A stretch of 64,000 bases of DNA from Trichoplax adhaerens. Its lineage: Eukaryota; Animalia; Placozoa. Positions within the stretch are counted from its first letter, which is position 1; each line of letters begins with the position of its first letter. A model generated the notes under the pieces. It did no database searches. It saw only the letters and a list, made by a program, of their open reading frames with translations, and was not told the DNA's origin. This document shows, one piece after another, positions 13,265-27,474 of the stretch. A program made the position numbers and the translations under genes. The DNA is taken from NCBI RefSeq assembly GCF_000150275.1, contig NW_002060944.1, positions 561,614 through 625,613 on the forward strand, written 5' to 3'.

Positions 13265-16200
13265 CTGCAAGATTAAACAGAATGAATCATAAAAGTAGCT
13301 CTATTGCATAGGTATGGAAACTTATAAAAAGATAACTGAAATTGCTCTAGCAATTTTATAAAGTTTATGTGCAAAACGGTCTTCAAATTGCTATAAAACA
13401 CTATTCTTAATTATTCATTTTAATATATGACGATTTACATGAATTCGCGATATAAGTTAAATGGTTGATTTCCAATATAAAGTTTAACTACTTTCTAATC
13501 TTCATGCTTTATCTGTTCTTTCTTGAGTTCGATCATATTCTGAGTAATATCATCATCCGCTAATTCTTTAATAGCGTTTTCATGCGTTGTTAAAGTAGTT
13601 TCATTTACAGAAAATGATAATAGAATTCATGTATGGCTTTATTAGCTAAGTTTCACCTCAATCTACCTTAAAAATTAAAGCTTAATAGCCTCTTTGCTAC
13701 TACGTTGGCTTCGTACTTTAATAATCTTACGGACTTAGAACGACCTGGACTCTTCGCCATTTCGTCAATAGCCACAGGCCACTAAAATGTTTATTGTACT
13801 CAAAATATTACAGATTCCTAAACCAAACAAGGCATATCCTCCAATTTTATGACAGTTACCAAAACATCGCAGAAACTTGCTTGCTTATGATTAAGGATTA
13901 ACTCTTCTTAATCCATTTTTATATTATAAATAGAATTTGCAATTTATTGCTGTAAATGCATGCTGCCAATAATAGACAATTTAGAAGACATTGATCATAT
14001 ATAATGATAGAAAGAAAAGGACTATGAACTTCAATTTCTTAACTAAAACAATCCTAATAAGTGACTATGATCACGCAATTCCAAATTTTAGTAAAATAAG
14101 GGCTTTATTGAATCTTGTACAACGATTAACTACACACAGCTCTACTCTAGCCGAATACTACTACTAAAGACTTCTACAACGAAGTAACAGAATAATCTAA
14201 AGTTGCATGCTTTTATACTTTCGTAGCGTTCGCAGCTACAATCCGCACGGCAACCTTTTACCTTATTTTACAAACAGTTAAATTATTCTTAGTAACACTA
14301 TTCTACTGCGGGCCATCATTAATTCGATATGGATACGACTACAGTATTTACGTAGACAATATTCACACCAGCCAAAGTACAATGAATTTACCATATCCCA
14401 ATATATGATTTACAGTTCTATTTTTACCTATAACCATATTAGTAACTCAACACCTTACGGTATATAGTTATCTGTACTCTAGCATAGAGTCTATACCACT
14501 ACAGTCCATAGTTATGGCTACCAAATATCTCTTAGGATAAATATCTACCGTACATTATACTACACATGGCTAACAGCCTACAATCACAATACTAAGTTAC
14601 ATTAGAGATGCTAATTAAAAATCGGTTGCACTTTTACTGTACATAATAATTTCTTTTTCAAGAAATTGATTTAATTTCTCTCTCATTTCAGCGTTAATTT
14701 TCGACAAGTAATTTATTTGATGCGCCATCATTTCTATGCTATAATTGTAGAATAATAACAATACAAATTCATTTGGTTATTATTCCAAATTGGCTTGATT
14801 ATTTAAGCAATAAATAGAGATTGTAATAGTTCTTATTGCATACATTAAGAGCAAGTATTACCGTTAGGATAAAATCTTTACAATTATTGTAAACTTTCTG
14901 TCATCATTACCTTTTTTCTTGATTGGATGTAGTTTCTTTCAATTCACGCACATCATTTTCTACTGTACTGGATTTATCAACTTCAGTTACGTCTTGAATC
15001 GAATTATTTTGAATCTAAAAAGATACAATGTAAGTGTGTAATTAGTTCTTCGCCCTGAAATAAAGTATTATAAAAGATTGCTACATTTAACGAATCTGAT
15101 ATTTATTATTTGATTTTGATAAAGACTAAATACTTACAGTAAAAGCTATTTTAATCATGACTCAATTATACTAGAGTAGATGATATGTTTCGCCGCAACT
15201 AGAATTCTTAAATTATAACTGAGGTTAATCAATTACAGAATTATCCTTAGTTATTTCGAGAAACACTAGGATATATATTTTATACAATAGATGATCTTGT
15301 CAGCAGACATACTGCAGCTCGACTACTTAGGATTAGTCATCTAATATCCATGTCAATAAAAGCTATGTTGATTAGCAAATACATTGCTTCAATTTATGCG
15401 AAGAGTACTGACATTGATAATGTCTGATGCTGTTACGATAGAAGTATATCCAAGCTCTTCAGGCTGCAACGATATAAGATATTATCTGTTCTCTAACTTG
15501 ATTTAATGTAAAAGCAAAATTATTCTTAGTCTATATTTATAAGATTTAGAAGGAACCAGGAGTAACCTAAATTTTCGTAAGCTCAAAGATTCATTTCTAC
15601 TGTACTCTCATCACAAAGCTAATTTTTAAGAAGAATATAGGAGTAGCCAAAATGTATCGAAAAATAAAATTATGTAAAATACAGTTTCAAACAAAACTAA
15701 ACAGAAACTTCTTTATAGGATTAATGTTGCTGTAAGCAAGAGTTAGTACTAACTTGAGTGAAAAATCTCAGCTTTCGTTTTTCCTCCTTGCCGATGTAAA
15801 ATTTTTTCCTTAGAAAGTAAGGCATTGAATTTTCAATTTGGTCAATAAATTGCACTTGAACTTTCAAACGACTCAGAACGGCATTTCTTTCAATTTTATC
15901 AATGTCGCCTACGGCTAAACCAACCTATATGGTGTGAAGTAAAATATCACTTATAGCCATCAAGATATTGCCTCTCAGGTACATATTCTGCTTACCATCA
16001 GGTTCATTGCTGCTATAGGCAAAATAATTGCAAAGGCAACTAGAAAGATTAGTGCAAGGATATTGAAGGGAGCTAACGTTTTCCCGTTATTTATAGGATC
16101 AAAGAAGACTTCGATATAGTCTATTTCTCCAAGCATCATATCGAAAACTTTGAGGAAAGAATATGGCGCAGTGCTAAAATAAGTCTATCATCCAGGTCAA

Positions 16201-19200
16201 GAGAACGAATCGATAAACATCAATACATTGATTAATATTGCCAATCATATTAAGAATTTGAATTTATATTTTACCAGGGCAACTGCAAGGATTAACTTAC
16301 CTCATGACCTAGTATAATATGGAAGCTAAGTCCAAAGGCGATAATGAGAAATCCCAACATAACTCCTACCTATTTAGAATTTATATAAAAAGTCACGAAA
16401 AGAATCCAAGTAAAAACACTCATTTCTACGGTGTCCGATTTTTACGTAGCCCATGATCATTTACAAGTGATAAAATGGCATTAAGACAAATATTAATGGA
16501 TCGCTAAATTACCTTAGCAACGGTAAGCAAGGCCGACTGAAGCATGGTGACGTATATACCGAAGGTAGATAACCTAGGTGGATTAAAATTATTCTATCAA
16601 CTATTTTAATCTTGAATGCAATTATCATATAAACATACAGTATACACATATTAAGGAACTTCGCTACGTTGCTATGCAAATATACGAAATTGAATTTTAA
16701 TATAGTTAATACATTGATCTAATTATTTGCAGGTATTTTATATATTATCTGTTTTTCAGGAATCCATTGTGAACAGTCACTATTAGTATTAAAATGATTA
16801 CGGATAACATATTATTTTCTACTTTCTATCCTTTAATTAATTCATCAAGAAGATCATGTTCATTATTACGAATAGAAATAATTATAATTTATCTGTTATT
16901 ATATTCAATTTTTTACTACAAGGTATAAAATAAATTCTGACTGCAACCAACGCCGGTTAATTAGGCATTTGTTTAGATAAACACTCATATATCCAATCCA
17001 AATGTCGTTAAGATGGCTTACCGTTGAAGATAAACTATTAAATTACACCAGGTTAAGCAGACAGTAATGCTACCTACGGCCCACTGAACGAAGTCAGGCT
17101 CACTTCCTGGAGGAGTAGCAAATATAATAGAAGAAATATATATGTACAATTCGACGTAATTTGAAAATTCGTGGAAGTTAATTTCTGCCAAGTAAAATAA
17201 AATATAAAATTAATCCATTGCTGGCCATTTTGCCTTGATGATGTAAAATTTCATAGTATTGCAAACGATGGAAAAATTTCTCATGCCGTCAACTATCAAT
17301 CAACTAGTAATTAGTTTTTCCAACTTGACATTAGTCAGCATAAAATGCCGTTAGTAAGATTATAAAGCAATTCATGACGTTTAAAATACCTGACGATACA
17401 TCTGAGCAATTTCTGTGATTAAATTCACCAGAGTGAAGATAAGGATAACCATTTGAGAAAGGTAGAGAACTGGTCTCGAATTCTAGAGTAAAGATTCAAA
17501 ATGACATCATGAAAGGATGTCAAAGTAAGAATCTCATTCTTTACTTTATTAAGGATGGATATTATAGTTATTGTAAGCATCTTCCAAAATTAAGACTTAC
17601 AAATGTAAATGAATAATCTGTATAAGTCTGATTGCCGACAGTATACGTGTATGAGTTATAGTCAGGAGTAACAATATTGCCAGGTGGACGCAGTGCGATA
17701 GTGTAGTAGGTTAAAGCGCCGACGAAAAAGAGGTAAAGAATCAAATTACTAAAATAAATTGGAACACCAAAAGTACGCCTGCAAGATAAAACAGAATAAA
17801 TCATTAAGAGTAGCTCTATTGCACAGGGATGAAACTTATAAAAGCATCATTGAAATTGGTCAAGCAATTTTATAAAGTTCAGGTGCAAATCGATCATATA
17901 ATTGCGATAGAACATTATCTTCATTTATTAATTTAAAAATAAAGAAGGGTGAGGAATATTACTGTCATAACACACCATTTAGCATCAAGTAGGGCCTGGG
18001 ATAATTCATGAAGCAGTAATCCTGTTCTTTTGTGTTCAATCATAGTCTATACATCACAAATGATAGATATATTAGATACTCGGCCGCAAGTTTTAAAATT
18101 GGACTTAGCATATGAACTCCTGAATACAAAATTAATTGAAATGAAAATCTCTCGATCAAATCTTGTCGAATGTTTCTCTTACCGTTAATGTATTACATCT
18201 AGGATTATTCTTTGAGTTCATTTTTAATTGCTTTTCTAATGCTGGTCCTGGATCTAATAATGAGTAATCGTAAACAATCTAGAAAAGTACGTAATTTAAT
18301 TAGTGACGGGTGCAGTTTACTTGCTCAATATGCGTTTTCATCTGTCTTTGGCATCTTAAAGATAAATATACAAATGTTACGGTTGGAATCTGCGATTAAA
18401 TTATCATTTATAAATTGAGATCTTAAATACCAAGTATTGATACTAAATACTGTACAAAAGGCCGGCAGGTACAAACTAAGGAAAAAGCAAAGGTTTATTT
18501 TTCCCGAAATTGCTGATAAAAAATCTAACTATACTAATCGTGTTGATCTGTAATAGCAATTTATCCCACAAATGGTAATGTCAAAGATTCAGTTTAGTTA
18601 ACGCGCTTTAAGCTAACTAATTCGATGACGTTTTAAATATAGTTCAGCAATTTTAGAAACTTATAGTGAAACTATATATCTAATACTGCAATATGTGTAA
18701 CATGAGATTTATTCTTGGTGCTGTAGTAGTTCAATATTATACTTTTAAAATTAAGTTGTTAGTACAATTCCCTAATCTAATGATTTAAATTCTGGCTGCA
18801 AGCGCCTAAAATACATTACTATTAACTAACCACTTTATCCATACTTGCACTTGCACTTCTTTCAATAGATAAATCCATTACAGCCTACAGTATCGCCAAA
18901 ATCAAAGTAACGATGAAATGTGCTATAAAAATACGCTAAAATTGCTAACACAAGAAGAAGCAATCTAATATACTGGAAATTTACCTTTGCTACTCTTGGT
19001 AGTTTCTCAATCAAAGTTTGCATGACTGAAAATCCTTCATCGTTAATTCTATTTAAAATCTCTCCGCTTCTAATAAGTTGAATCAATAAAATCATTAAGA
19101 ATTATATTATAATGAAAACGTGGACGAAATCATAAAGTATGTAAACAGAGTTCTAACAGGATAATTTCTTATTAATCTTTATCAAAGCAATTTGTCTATT

Positions 19201-21054
19201 AGACGATAAATTAGCTAGATACAGGAATATTTCTACCTTTTATGCTTGACAATTAATAGAGCAGCATCTTCGTATCCACTTTCAATTGCGAGATCTAAGC
19301 AGGTTTTTCCATTAACATTACAGAGTGTTATATCGCTACCACTTTCAAATAATAATTTAACAACAGCACTTGACCCATGGCTAGCCGCTAAATGTAGAGG
19401 TGTTTCCTAAATTAATTCAATGGGAGATAAAAATTAGTCATTAAAGATTGCTAACTTAAGGCATGGTAGCTGATTCAGGAAATGCTTTCTAGATGACTAA
19501 CAGTAAAGGCGAAAATTAAAGGCAGATGTTGAGAAATAAGACAACTTTCATAGGAAAGCAGTCAAATATGCAATAGTAAAGCGAAAGTAAAATAGGTATT
19601 AAGCCCGTTCAAGTAGATAGTATTACCTCATAGGAATTGATTCGATTTACATCTGCTCCATTTCTCAGTAACAATTTTCCTACTTGTTCAAAACCCTTAG
19701 ATGCAGCATATTCCAGTGGTGTCATATAACTACCATCTCTGAATTTATTTTTATCCAAGCATTATCAAAACTCATAAAATAGATTAAACTAGTATTTATT
19801 TTCATTATGATCTACTTCAGCACCGTAAAATTTTCACAATCTAATTCCAACCCGACTAGTCAATATTTCAGGTGCAATAAAATCCTTTAATTTATCACCT
19901 TTTCTCAATATCTGCACCATATTTTATCAGCATTTTTGTAACCTCGACAGAATCACTGATAACTGCAAAATGCAACGGGGTTCTTGATTTCTCTCCCAAA
20001 CAATTAACGGATGATAGACAACTTTCGCATAAATATTGAGCTATAAGTAAATCGCCTTTCCTGTAAAAAGAATAGAGGAATTATTCAGAATTATCTTATC
20101 AAGAGAATTACTTCACACACACTTGCAGTCTACAATAAAGAATCTATTTTCTTAATGTATTTTTAGAAATCTCTAAAGGCTACAAAATGTACTTCCGCTG
20201 AATCATTTACCCTTCATCACATGAAGATTAAAAGCACTGTCAAAGCAGCTTGAAGCCATACATGATGTCACATTAGCAACTTCAATAAAAGTGAAATAAC
20301 AATTGCACTTCAAAATCTATAGTTATCAATAGTAATCATATGATTGCTCTAATATCAAGGTAAAGTACTACCTAAGCTGATCTTACAAAATTTTACTGAT
20401 TTTTAAAGTATTTGACTAGCTAGAAGAAATACTAAACTTACTTGCAAGCCAGATGGAGCGGTATGTTATCATCATCATCATGACTGTCCACAATTGCACC
20501 ATTGCTAACTAAAATTTCCACAATCTAGCAAAGTAAACATACGCATTTAAGTTTATCAAAAGTTAGAAGCTTTAATTTCTGATGTAGTATGAGATACGAT
20601 ATTCCATAACCTGGTGACTTCCACTTTCAACCGCATAATGCAAAGGTGTTTTTTCAAAATTATCGGTTGAATTTAGAAATTGAATACCATGAGCCTACAT
20701 ATTTACAAAATAAATCGTACAAGTATTAATGAGATCAAATATAACTGGATATTAAAAGTTATTATGTAGCTTAATTGACATCTGTTAGCATATTTTTTCG
20801 ATGCTCGTATTTAGTAACCATATATTTGTAGATAACTTACTCGTATTAAATGTTGAATTAGCTGCACATGGCCATTTTGAACAGCGAGATGAAGACAATT
20901 TCGATGTACTTCATCGACGGAAGAAATACTAGCATTATGCCGGAATAAGTAGTCAATTACCGCGATATGGCCTTTTGCAGCAGCACACATTAACGGTGTT
21001 TTCTTGGTATGATCGACAGCATCAACATCGGAACCCTTTAATGGAATAAGACGT

Positions 21055-21400
21055 ATTCCTAAATTGAAAGTAACGCTAATGGATAACTAGTTTATACTTA
21101 TTTATTATTAAAATTAACACATACAGTAATGATAATATTAATATTATTTCTCTTTAATAGAATAATTGGCATACCTTAATTAAAATAATACTAATGGATA
21201 GCTAGCTTACACTAACTTATTATCAAAATCGACACACGACGTATACGACAAAGGCAATATTAATGTCTTTTCTCTTTCATATAATAAATGAAATACCTAA
21301 ATTAAAGTAATACTGTCGGAAAACTAGTTTATGCAACTTAGTATCTAAATTGACATATGTAACAAAGAGAGCATTAATGTCTTTTTAGAAATATAGTTCT
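21055..21400. repeat. Degenerate tandem triplication, unit about 118 bp, in copy B intron 8
   Basis: CCT(T)AATT(G/A)AA..TAA..CT...GGA.A.CTAG..TA recurs near 21058, 21174 and 21296. Confidence 0.65.
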
Positions 21401-22399
21401 TATATTATACCGATAATTTCTCTCCCTCAAAATAGACAAAAGTATAAAGATTGTTACAAATATTTTAGTAAACAGTATATCTAGAAAATCCTTCATATGG
21501 TAATCAGCTGAGAAAGTCCATAATTTACAAACATCGATTTTAGAAAAACAGAAGGATTACTTTTATAGTAATGGCGATCAATGCTACAAGTTGTATTCGA
21601 AAAGAAATATCAAACAATTTGTACTTACTACGTCTATTAGCAATGTCATAATGGGTAAATGCCCGTATAAACTTGCTAGGAAAAATGGCGTTTTATACTG
21701 ATGGTTGTATATGTTTACTGAAGCTCCTTTATGGATCAGCAATTTGGTAGCTTCAAAGTAGCCGTTAGCAGCTGCAATATGCAAAGCGGTCCAGCCATCT
21801 TTCTATAATATCACGCCAAGATATAAAATTGAAAGAAAAGGCAACAAGCAATTATTAAGGCTACTACTTATTATAGAGAAAGAAGCATTAATTAATGCTT
21901 TATTTGTGACTATCAAAGAAAAGTAAAATGGTTTCTAAACGAAAATAATTTGAAGGTTTTTTCAATCAATCCATTATTCATACATGTATGGAGTTGATAT
22001 TGGAGCCATTCTTGAGGCAAATTTCCAAAGCCTGACGAAAAAAATAGGATAGATTGAAAAGCAGATAAGTGAGTAATGCGCTCGCTAATTTCTAAAAATG
22101 AAATAGAGTTACCTTTGCTTCATTTACAATTATATTCACTATTAGCTGATGCAATTTAGAGTAAAGTAGTATATTATGTTTGTAATCATGATTCTAAGAT
22201 GTTCTTCTGGATAGGCAATCTACGCTATTGTTCAATGTAGATAATATTTACAATTTTCCACACTAGATGCAAGTATAGCTTATCACGCTTGGTTATTGAC
22301 TGCATTTATCGTCTTTGCAATTTCTTGTAATCGTTTAGTATTACGTAGACTATGATAGTATCTATTGCATTGAATTCTATAATTTTACTCTCTACACGC

Positions 22400-22915
22400 C
22401 CTCTATGTTCAAAACTATAAATAGAGCCGGTTTCTGCCTTTGATTTCGTTAGTTGTGGTAGAGTCGGGGCTAGTCGTTCTGACATTACTCGACAGCAGCT
22501 TACAAGCTTCTCCACAGTAACGACAACATTCTTACGCCAATTGACTGCAATACAGTGTTCACATTTTACGAAAGACAGCTATGTAATCCTGCGATATAGT
22601 AATTAATTCAATTTTCACCGACTGATTGAGTCTTTTATTCACGTTTACTCTCTGCAGGCTTTCTATCCTCGAAGCTACAATATAATTAGAGCCAGTTTCT
22701 GCTTCTGATTGTATTACTTGTCATTTTGAAAGGCTAGTAGTTCTCATGTTACCCCATAACAACTTTCACGCTACTCCATAGTAACTACTACATTCTTACG
22801 CTACTTGGCCGTAACAAAGTACTTACTTTTCTACCAAAGATAGCTATGTAATCCTCTAACATGGCAACTAATTCAAATTTGTCGACTGATTGAATTCTCC
22901 ATTATAAATTGATAA
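22400..22915. repeat. Tandem pair of an approximately 260-bp dispersed repeat in copy B intron 6
   Basis: TAGAGCC.GTTTCTGC...CATTCTTACGC...AAAGA.AGCTATGTAATCCT...CGACTGATTGA occurs twice; weaker relatives near 45110-45180 and 59200-59430. Confidence 0.65.
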
Positions 22916-25591
22916 TCCAAAAGTCAAATATCATTTTGTGGATGCAAGAATAGTCGTCTACTTATTACCTCGACATGACCACCTTGGGCGCTACAATGCA
23001 ACGGTATTTGCCTTTCGTTATCTTCACAGTTAAGAAGATCAATAATAGATAATCCAAAATTAGAGGAAACTTCCAAAAATAATAAAATAATTTGAGTGTG
23101 GCCTTTAGATGCTGCACTATGAATTGGTGTGCTACCATCGATCGCTCTGGCTAACAAGTTGGCTTTATTTTTAATCTGTAAGAATAAATAGGATATTATT
23201 TAATTCATTTACTTGGTTGCTCTTACAGCATTTTAGTATAAGGAAGTTTTACGTCAATAAATCATTCTGAAAAACTTTAAGATGGAAATCTCAGCTAATA
23301 AATATAACATCAGTAATTAGTTGAATGGCTATGCGATCTTCAAGCGTAACAGCTTACAAGGTGATGGCAAATTTCAAGTCTCCCTCTCATGGCTGCTTGA
23401 TGTAGCGGAGTATTTAAATCGTCATCCACGACGCTGACATCGAGCAAATTGTTTTCAGTAATGTACTAATGCCAGCGATACAAATTAAACAAAGTGATTA
23501 ATCGTTTTTTTATTTTTTTAGACTTAATATAATATTGAATGAAATTATTTAAATGGACATCGCAGTGGAAATAAAAATTATATAAATCTATACTCTATCA
23601 TCAAAGCTCCAAGTCAACTGTTGCTTACCTTACAAATGTTTAAATGGCCCAATTTACTAGCTTCATGAAGTAGCGTATTACCTTGATCATCAACTAATTT
23701 AAATTCAGCCCCAGCCAAATGCAAGACTTCAAATGTACCCAGGCTGTTATATTTAGCAGCCATAAATAAGGGCGTATTACCATCATAACCGCGAATATTA
23801 ACGTCTAGTAGTGGTACGTACCACATAAAACAAATAGTAATTTTAATTCATAAAATTTTGTCTAGGTTAATAATGCAAGACATTCGTTTATCTGTGCATG
23901 AAAGCTGAAGAAAAATTGTTTTAATCAGGACTTGTCCTATCGTTTCTATTTATTAATGATAAATTATACAGGAGTTAGAATGGATTATTATTATATACCT
24001 GCATCATGAGAGATTAAAGTCTTAACTACATCGACGCGATTGCCCCGGGCTGCATAGTGTAAAGGAGACATTTGATGTTCATCTAGATTATTGCAGGTAT
24101 TCTTTTTATCTGGATGAGAACTAAATGGTTTTCTACTGCGGCAACATCGCCAAACTTTGCAGCCTGAACATGATAATATCACCAAATATTTAAAATTAAA
24201 ATCCATACTTCAGTTTATGACAGAATGATACTAACTGCAAACTAAACTCTTAGAAGTAGTAGGATATTTATAAGTGTAGCAATAACAATTGTCGGTACAT
24301 CACTAGCTTAATGAAATCCTTAAATTAGTAAATGATATAACAGAAATCCGAAATAGTAGATTTTACGATTTAAAATGTGTATCAAATACTCAAGAATAAC
24401 TTTATCAAATCGAATAGAGAGACATTATATTGCCTAGAGATTTTCCATTACACTAACTTTTACATACCCAAAAGAGATCTTTGAAATATTTAGTATGTGC
24501 ACGTTTAATGTTTTTAACTTGACCCTATGTCCAAGATTACAAGAAAATATTATCTCACAAGAAAGAATGGTTTGTGTACATTAGTCACTTGAAATTTCAT
24601 AATTTACAAGTAATTGGGTGCTAGTATCAAAATAAGATCATTTGATGAACTATAGTATTTTTTAATAACAAACCAAGCAGAACTTTGACGTTTGTTGATA
24701 TGGTAAGACATCATAATTAAAAGATACATTTTATACTTGTAAACAGTTAAAAATAGAATCTATCTGCTTAGAATAAATCTATGTTATAGAGCAACGATGC
24801 TGTTCCAATATAATAATATCCAGATAAGGAAAACTTTCATGTTCCATTTAGTAACAGTTAATATCTACCAATCTCATCATGACCAATATTTTAAATTGAG
24901 ACTAACTTGGAAAGTATTACATAAGCTGTAGAATTTGTTAACACTTTTTACGGTATCATTACCATTCGATAATATTTTTTATGTTATTCTGGCGATTATT
25001 TTTAACAAAATTAGTGTAAGAAAATTTCATATCATAGTGAATATTGATGTGTTTTACCATATCTTTCATATTAATGTCAAAAATGGGTTGAGCGGCTGTC
25101 CATTTGTGAAATCTATTCATTATGTTAGTTCCAACGTTCAAACTCTGCTTAAGTAAGTAGAAAAGCTATTTGTGGAAATTTATTTAACGATTAAGTCAAA
25201 CAGCCAAGCTTAAGTTTACCACCAATTTTTGTTTTCAGTTGAAGTAACTTACTTAATCAATGCGAAACTATCCCTAATAAAGTCTTGTTTTATTCGAATC
25301 AATTTTATCAGAGTTTTTGTTATAGTGTTTGTATAAACGACCATGAAAGTTACTTAATCGGACATACTAAAGCATGTTCGGTGTTAATTATGCCACAGTA
25401 ATTACCATAGTAGATTATAGGTAAAATTGGGTCAACTATTTATACACAATGTAACTTATTTTGCATATGCACGATTCAAACTGTTGTGTATAATATGAAT
25501 TAAAAGCATCAGATATTAATTCTATTAAAAGGCTATAGCTTAAACTAGTGCAATAGAATACTATCATTTTATAGTTATGCATATTCATGCA

Positions 25592-25604
25592 ATTACTTAG
25601 CAAC
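25592..25604. promoter_or_regulatory. X-box (RFX)-like motif ATTACTTAGCAAC upstream of copy B
   Basis: Identical to the motif upstream of copy A, about 480 bp from the ATG. Confidence 0.4.
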
Positions 25605-26885
25605 ACTACACACACTAATAAGTGATTTGCATTTATCTGTCAATCTGATAAATTGAGAGGCTATTATTAAAAAGAAACAATCGACAAGAAATGACAGAGA
25701 TGATGAAATAATTTTTTATTGCCATCACAGATAATTTGATATTTTTTAACATTAAATTTCTTTATTCGAGAAATACTCGTAGATGTTCTGTCCATAGCAA
25801 AGAGCTTATCATTATTTTACTGTGTACCATAGTAAAACAAGAACTGTCTGCTTCATATCAATTTTTCTCTATCCATTAAATGTTTTTGAATATAATTCTA
25901 TGAAGCAAATAGTACTTCTCTAATGTTACTGATAAGGCAGTAAAAGTATCCCTAATAGTTCATTCTTGTTAGCAGAGTAGATAGAGTACGTGTGATAAAG
26001 TCATAATACCAGAGTTTCAATTAGTCTATTTTCAAAAACGTAATTATAATTATCTTTTTATTGTCATAAATAAGATCCATCCTTTGCTCAGACTATACTC
26101 TTATTATAAATGCACTGTTAATATAGATGGCTAAATTAGAAGTTATTATCAAATAGGACAGAGCAATTTCTATTTAATCTGCCTTTCATTGCCTAAAGTC
26201 TATTTCCATATCCATTACTTTCGATAGGATGCTTTACGAGCTTGAATGAAAGCTCTATCGACTCGAGAATGTGGTTTGTAATAAAACTATAATTATTTTC
26301 CAATTTATAGGTGCTGTCCTAATCTGAACCCTAACATAAACATAATGAATTAATAAAGTAACGCCTAGCATTTGCTAATAACATATTTCTTTTCGCTTAT
26401 ATGCGTATACTGCTATATCAAAAGCTCCAAAAATACATTTGGGCAGCGATTGCTTAAAGTAAAGCTTCTATGAATAAAAATAATTAAAAAAAGCAGTTCT
26501 ACTAATATATTTGTTTTATGATAAAGGCGTCCATAATAATAATCCCGCCCATAGTCTTCTAAAAGAAATGATTCACTGATTACGTTATACACTATTTATG
26601 ACCACGGTACTCTTTAGCCTTTTATAACGAGGCCATTACATTATAGCATGCTCATGATACTATAAAATGATCAATTATTGCCGTAGAAGAGCGTATAAGC
26701 TGTCGTGAAATAACATAAGATACCGTACCACGAGGTAAAAATTGGTAGTATTGATAATTTTGAAGCAAAACACATTTATATTACGTTACGTTGCTGTAGC
26801 AAGTTCGTCAATTATGAAGCATGAGAATACTATCATAACGACAATTCATTGCCTTTTCATTAATACCAGAGAAATAATATATATT

Positions 26886-27474
26886 TGTCACGGTACGCCG
26901 TTACTAATTAAGTAACTGTAAATTAATGAATGCTTATGAATAGATAAGATAAGGTTATGTGCTATATTTTAATGCGCTTGTAGCTGATAATAGGATGGTA
27001 GAAATGAGATAAAAAATAGAAGTTGTTAGCAGTTAATTTACTGTAGGTTTATAAGGTGTGTTAATCTCTAAAAATTGAGCTGTATATGGACGAAGGCTAA
27101 GCGTCTTAACACCTGATAGCTTGTAGCTATCTAAGTCTGAGAATATCGACATGTATATTTAGTAATGGTATTATACTAATTAATGTAACTTGTAAAGCAT
27201 GAATTCTCACTTGTTAATATTGGAATTCACTGTAGAAACCTATTTAAGCGCGTGTGTTTGTAGAATAAAGAAAGTAATTGCTCAAGAAACGGCAAGACTC
27301 ATATCGTGAAGAATAGTGTAATAATTAGTCAGTTGTCTGTGGAGATCAGCCGAGAAATCGAGTTCTCAAATACTTCTCTCATAGAAACTGAAAGTACTGG
27401 GAGAAATAGCCCAAGTTTTAAGTAACTACACTAGAGTTCTTTACTTTCCTTTGCCACAAGTGAGGGTTGTGACA
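26886..27474 (+). mobile_element. Solo-LTR-like element (589 bp)
   Basis: Perfect terminal inverted repeat TGTCAC...GTGACA, 5-bp TSD ATATT (26881-26885 / 27475-27479), internal TATTTAAG followed by AATAAA (about 27241-27269). Confidence 0.85.

Larger units (their letters stand above)
14615..25120 (-). pseudogene. TRPA1: TRPA1-like channel, copy B: all 27 exons present but frameshifted (probable pseudogene)
   Basis: ATG at 25120 (MNRFHKWTAAQPIFDINMKDM), stop at 14615; pore KVFDMMLGEIDY; S6/TRP-like helix MNLMVGLAVGDI. Exon 3 (23999-24163) is 165 nt versus 166 in A/C/D; exon 21 (17022-17184) is 163 versus 167 nt. Both give premature stops. Confidence 0.8.
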
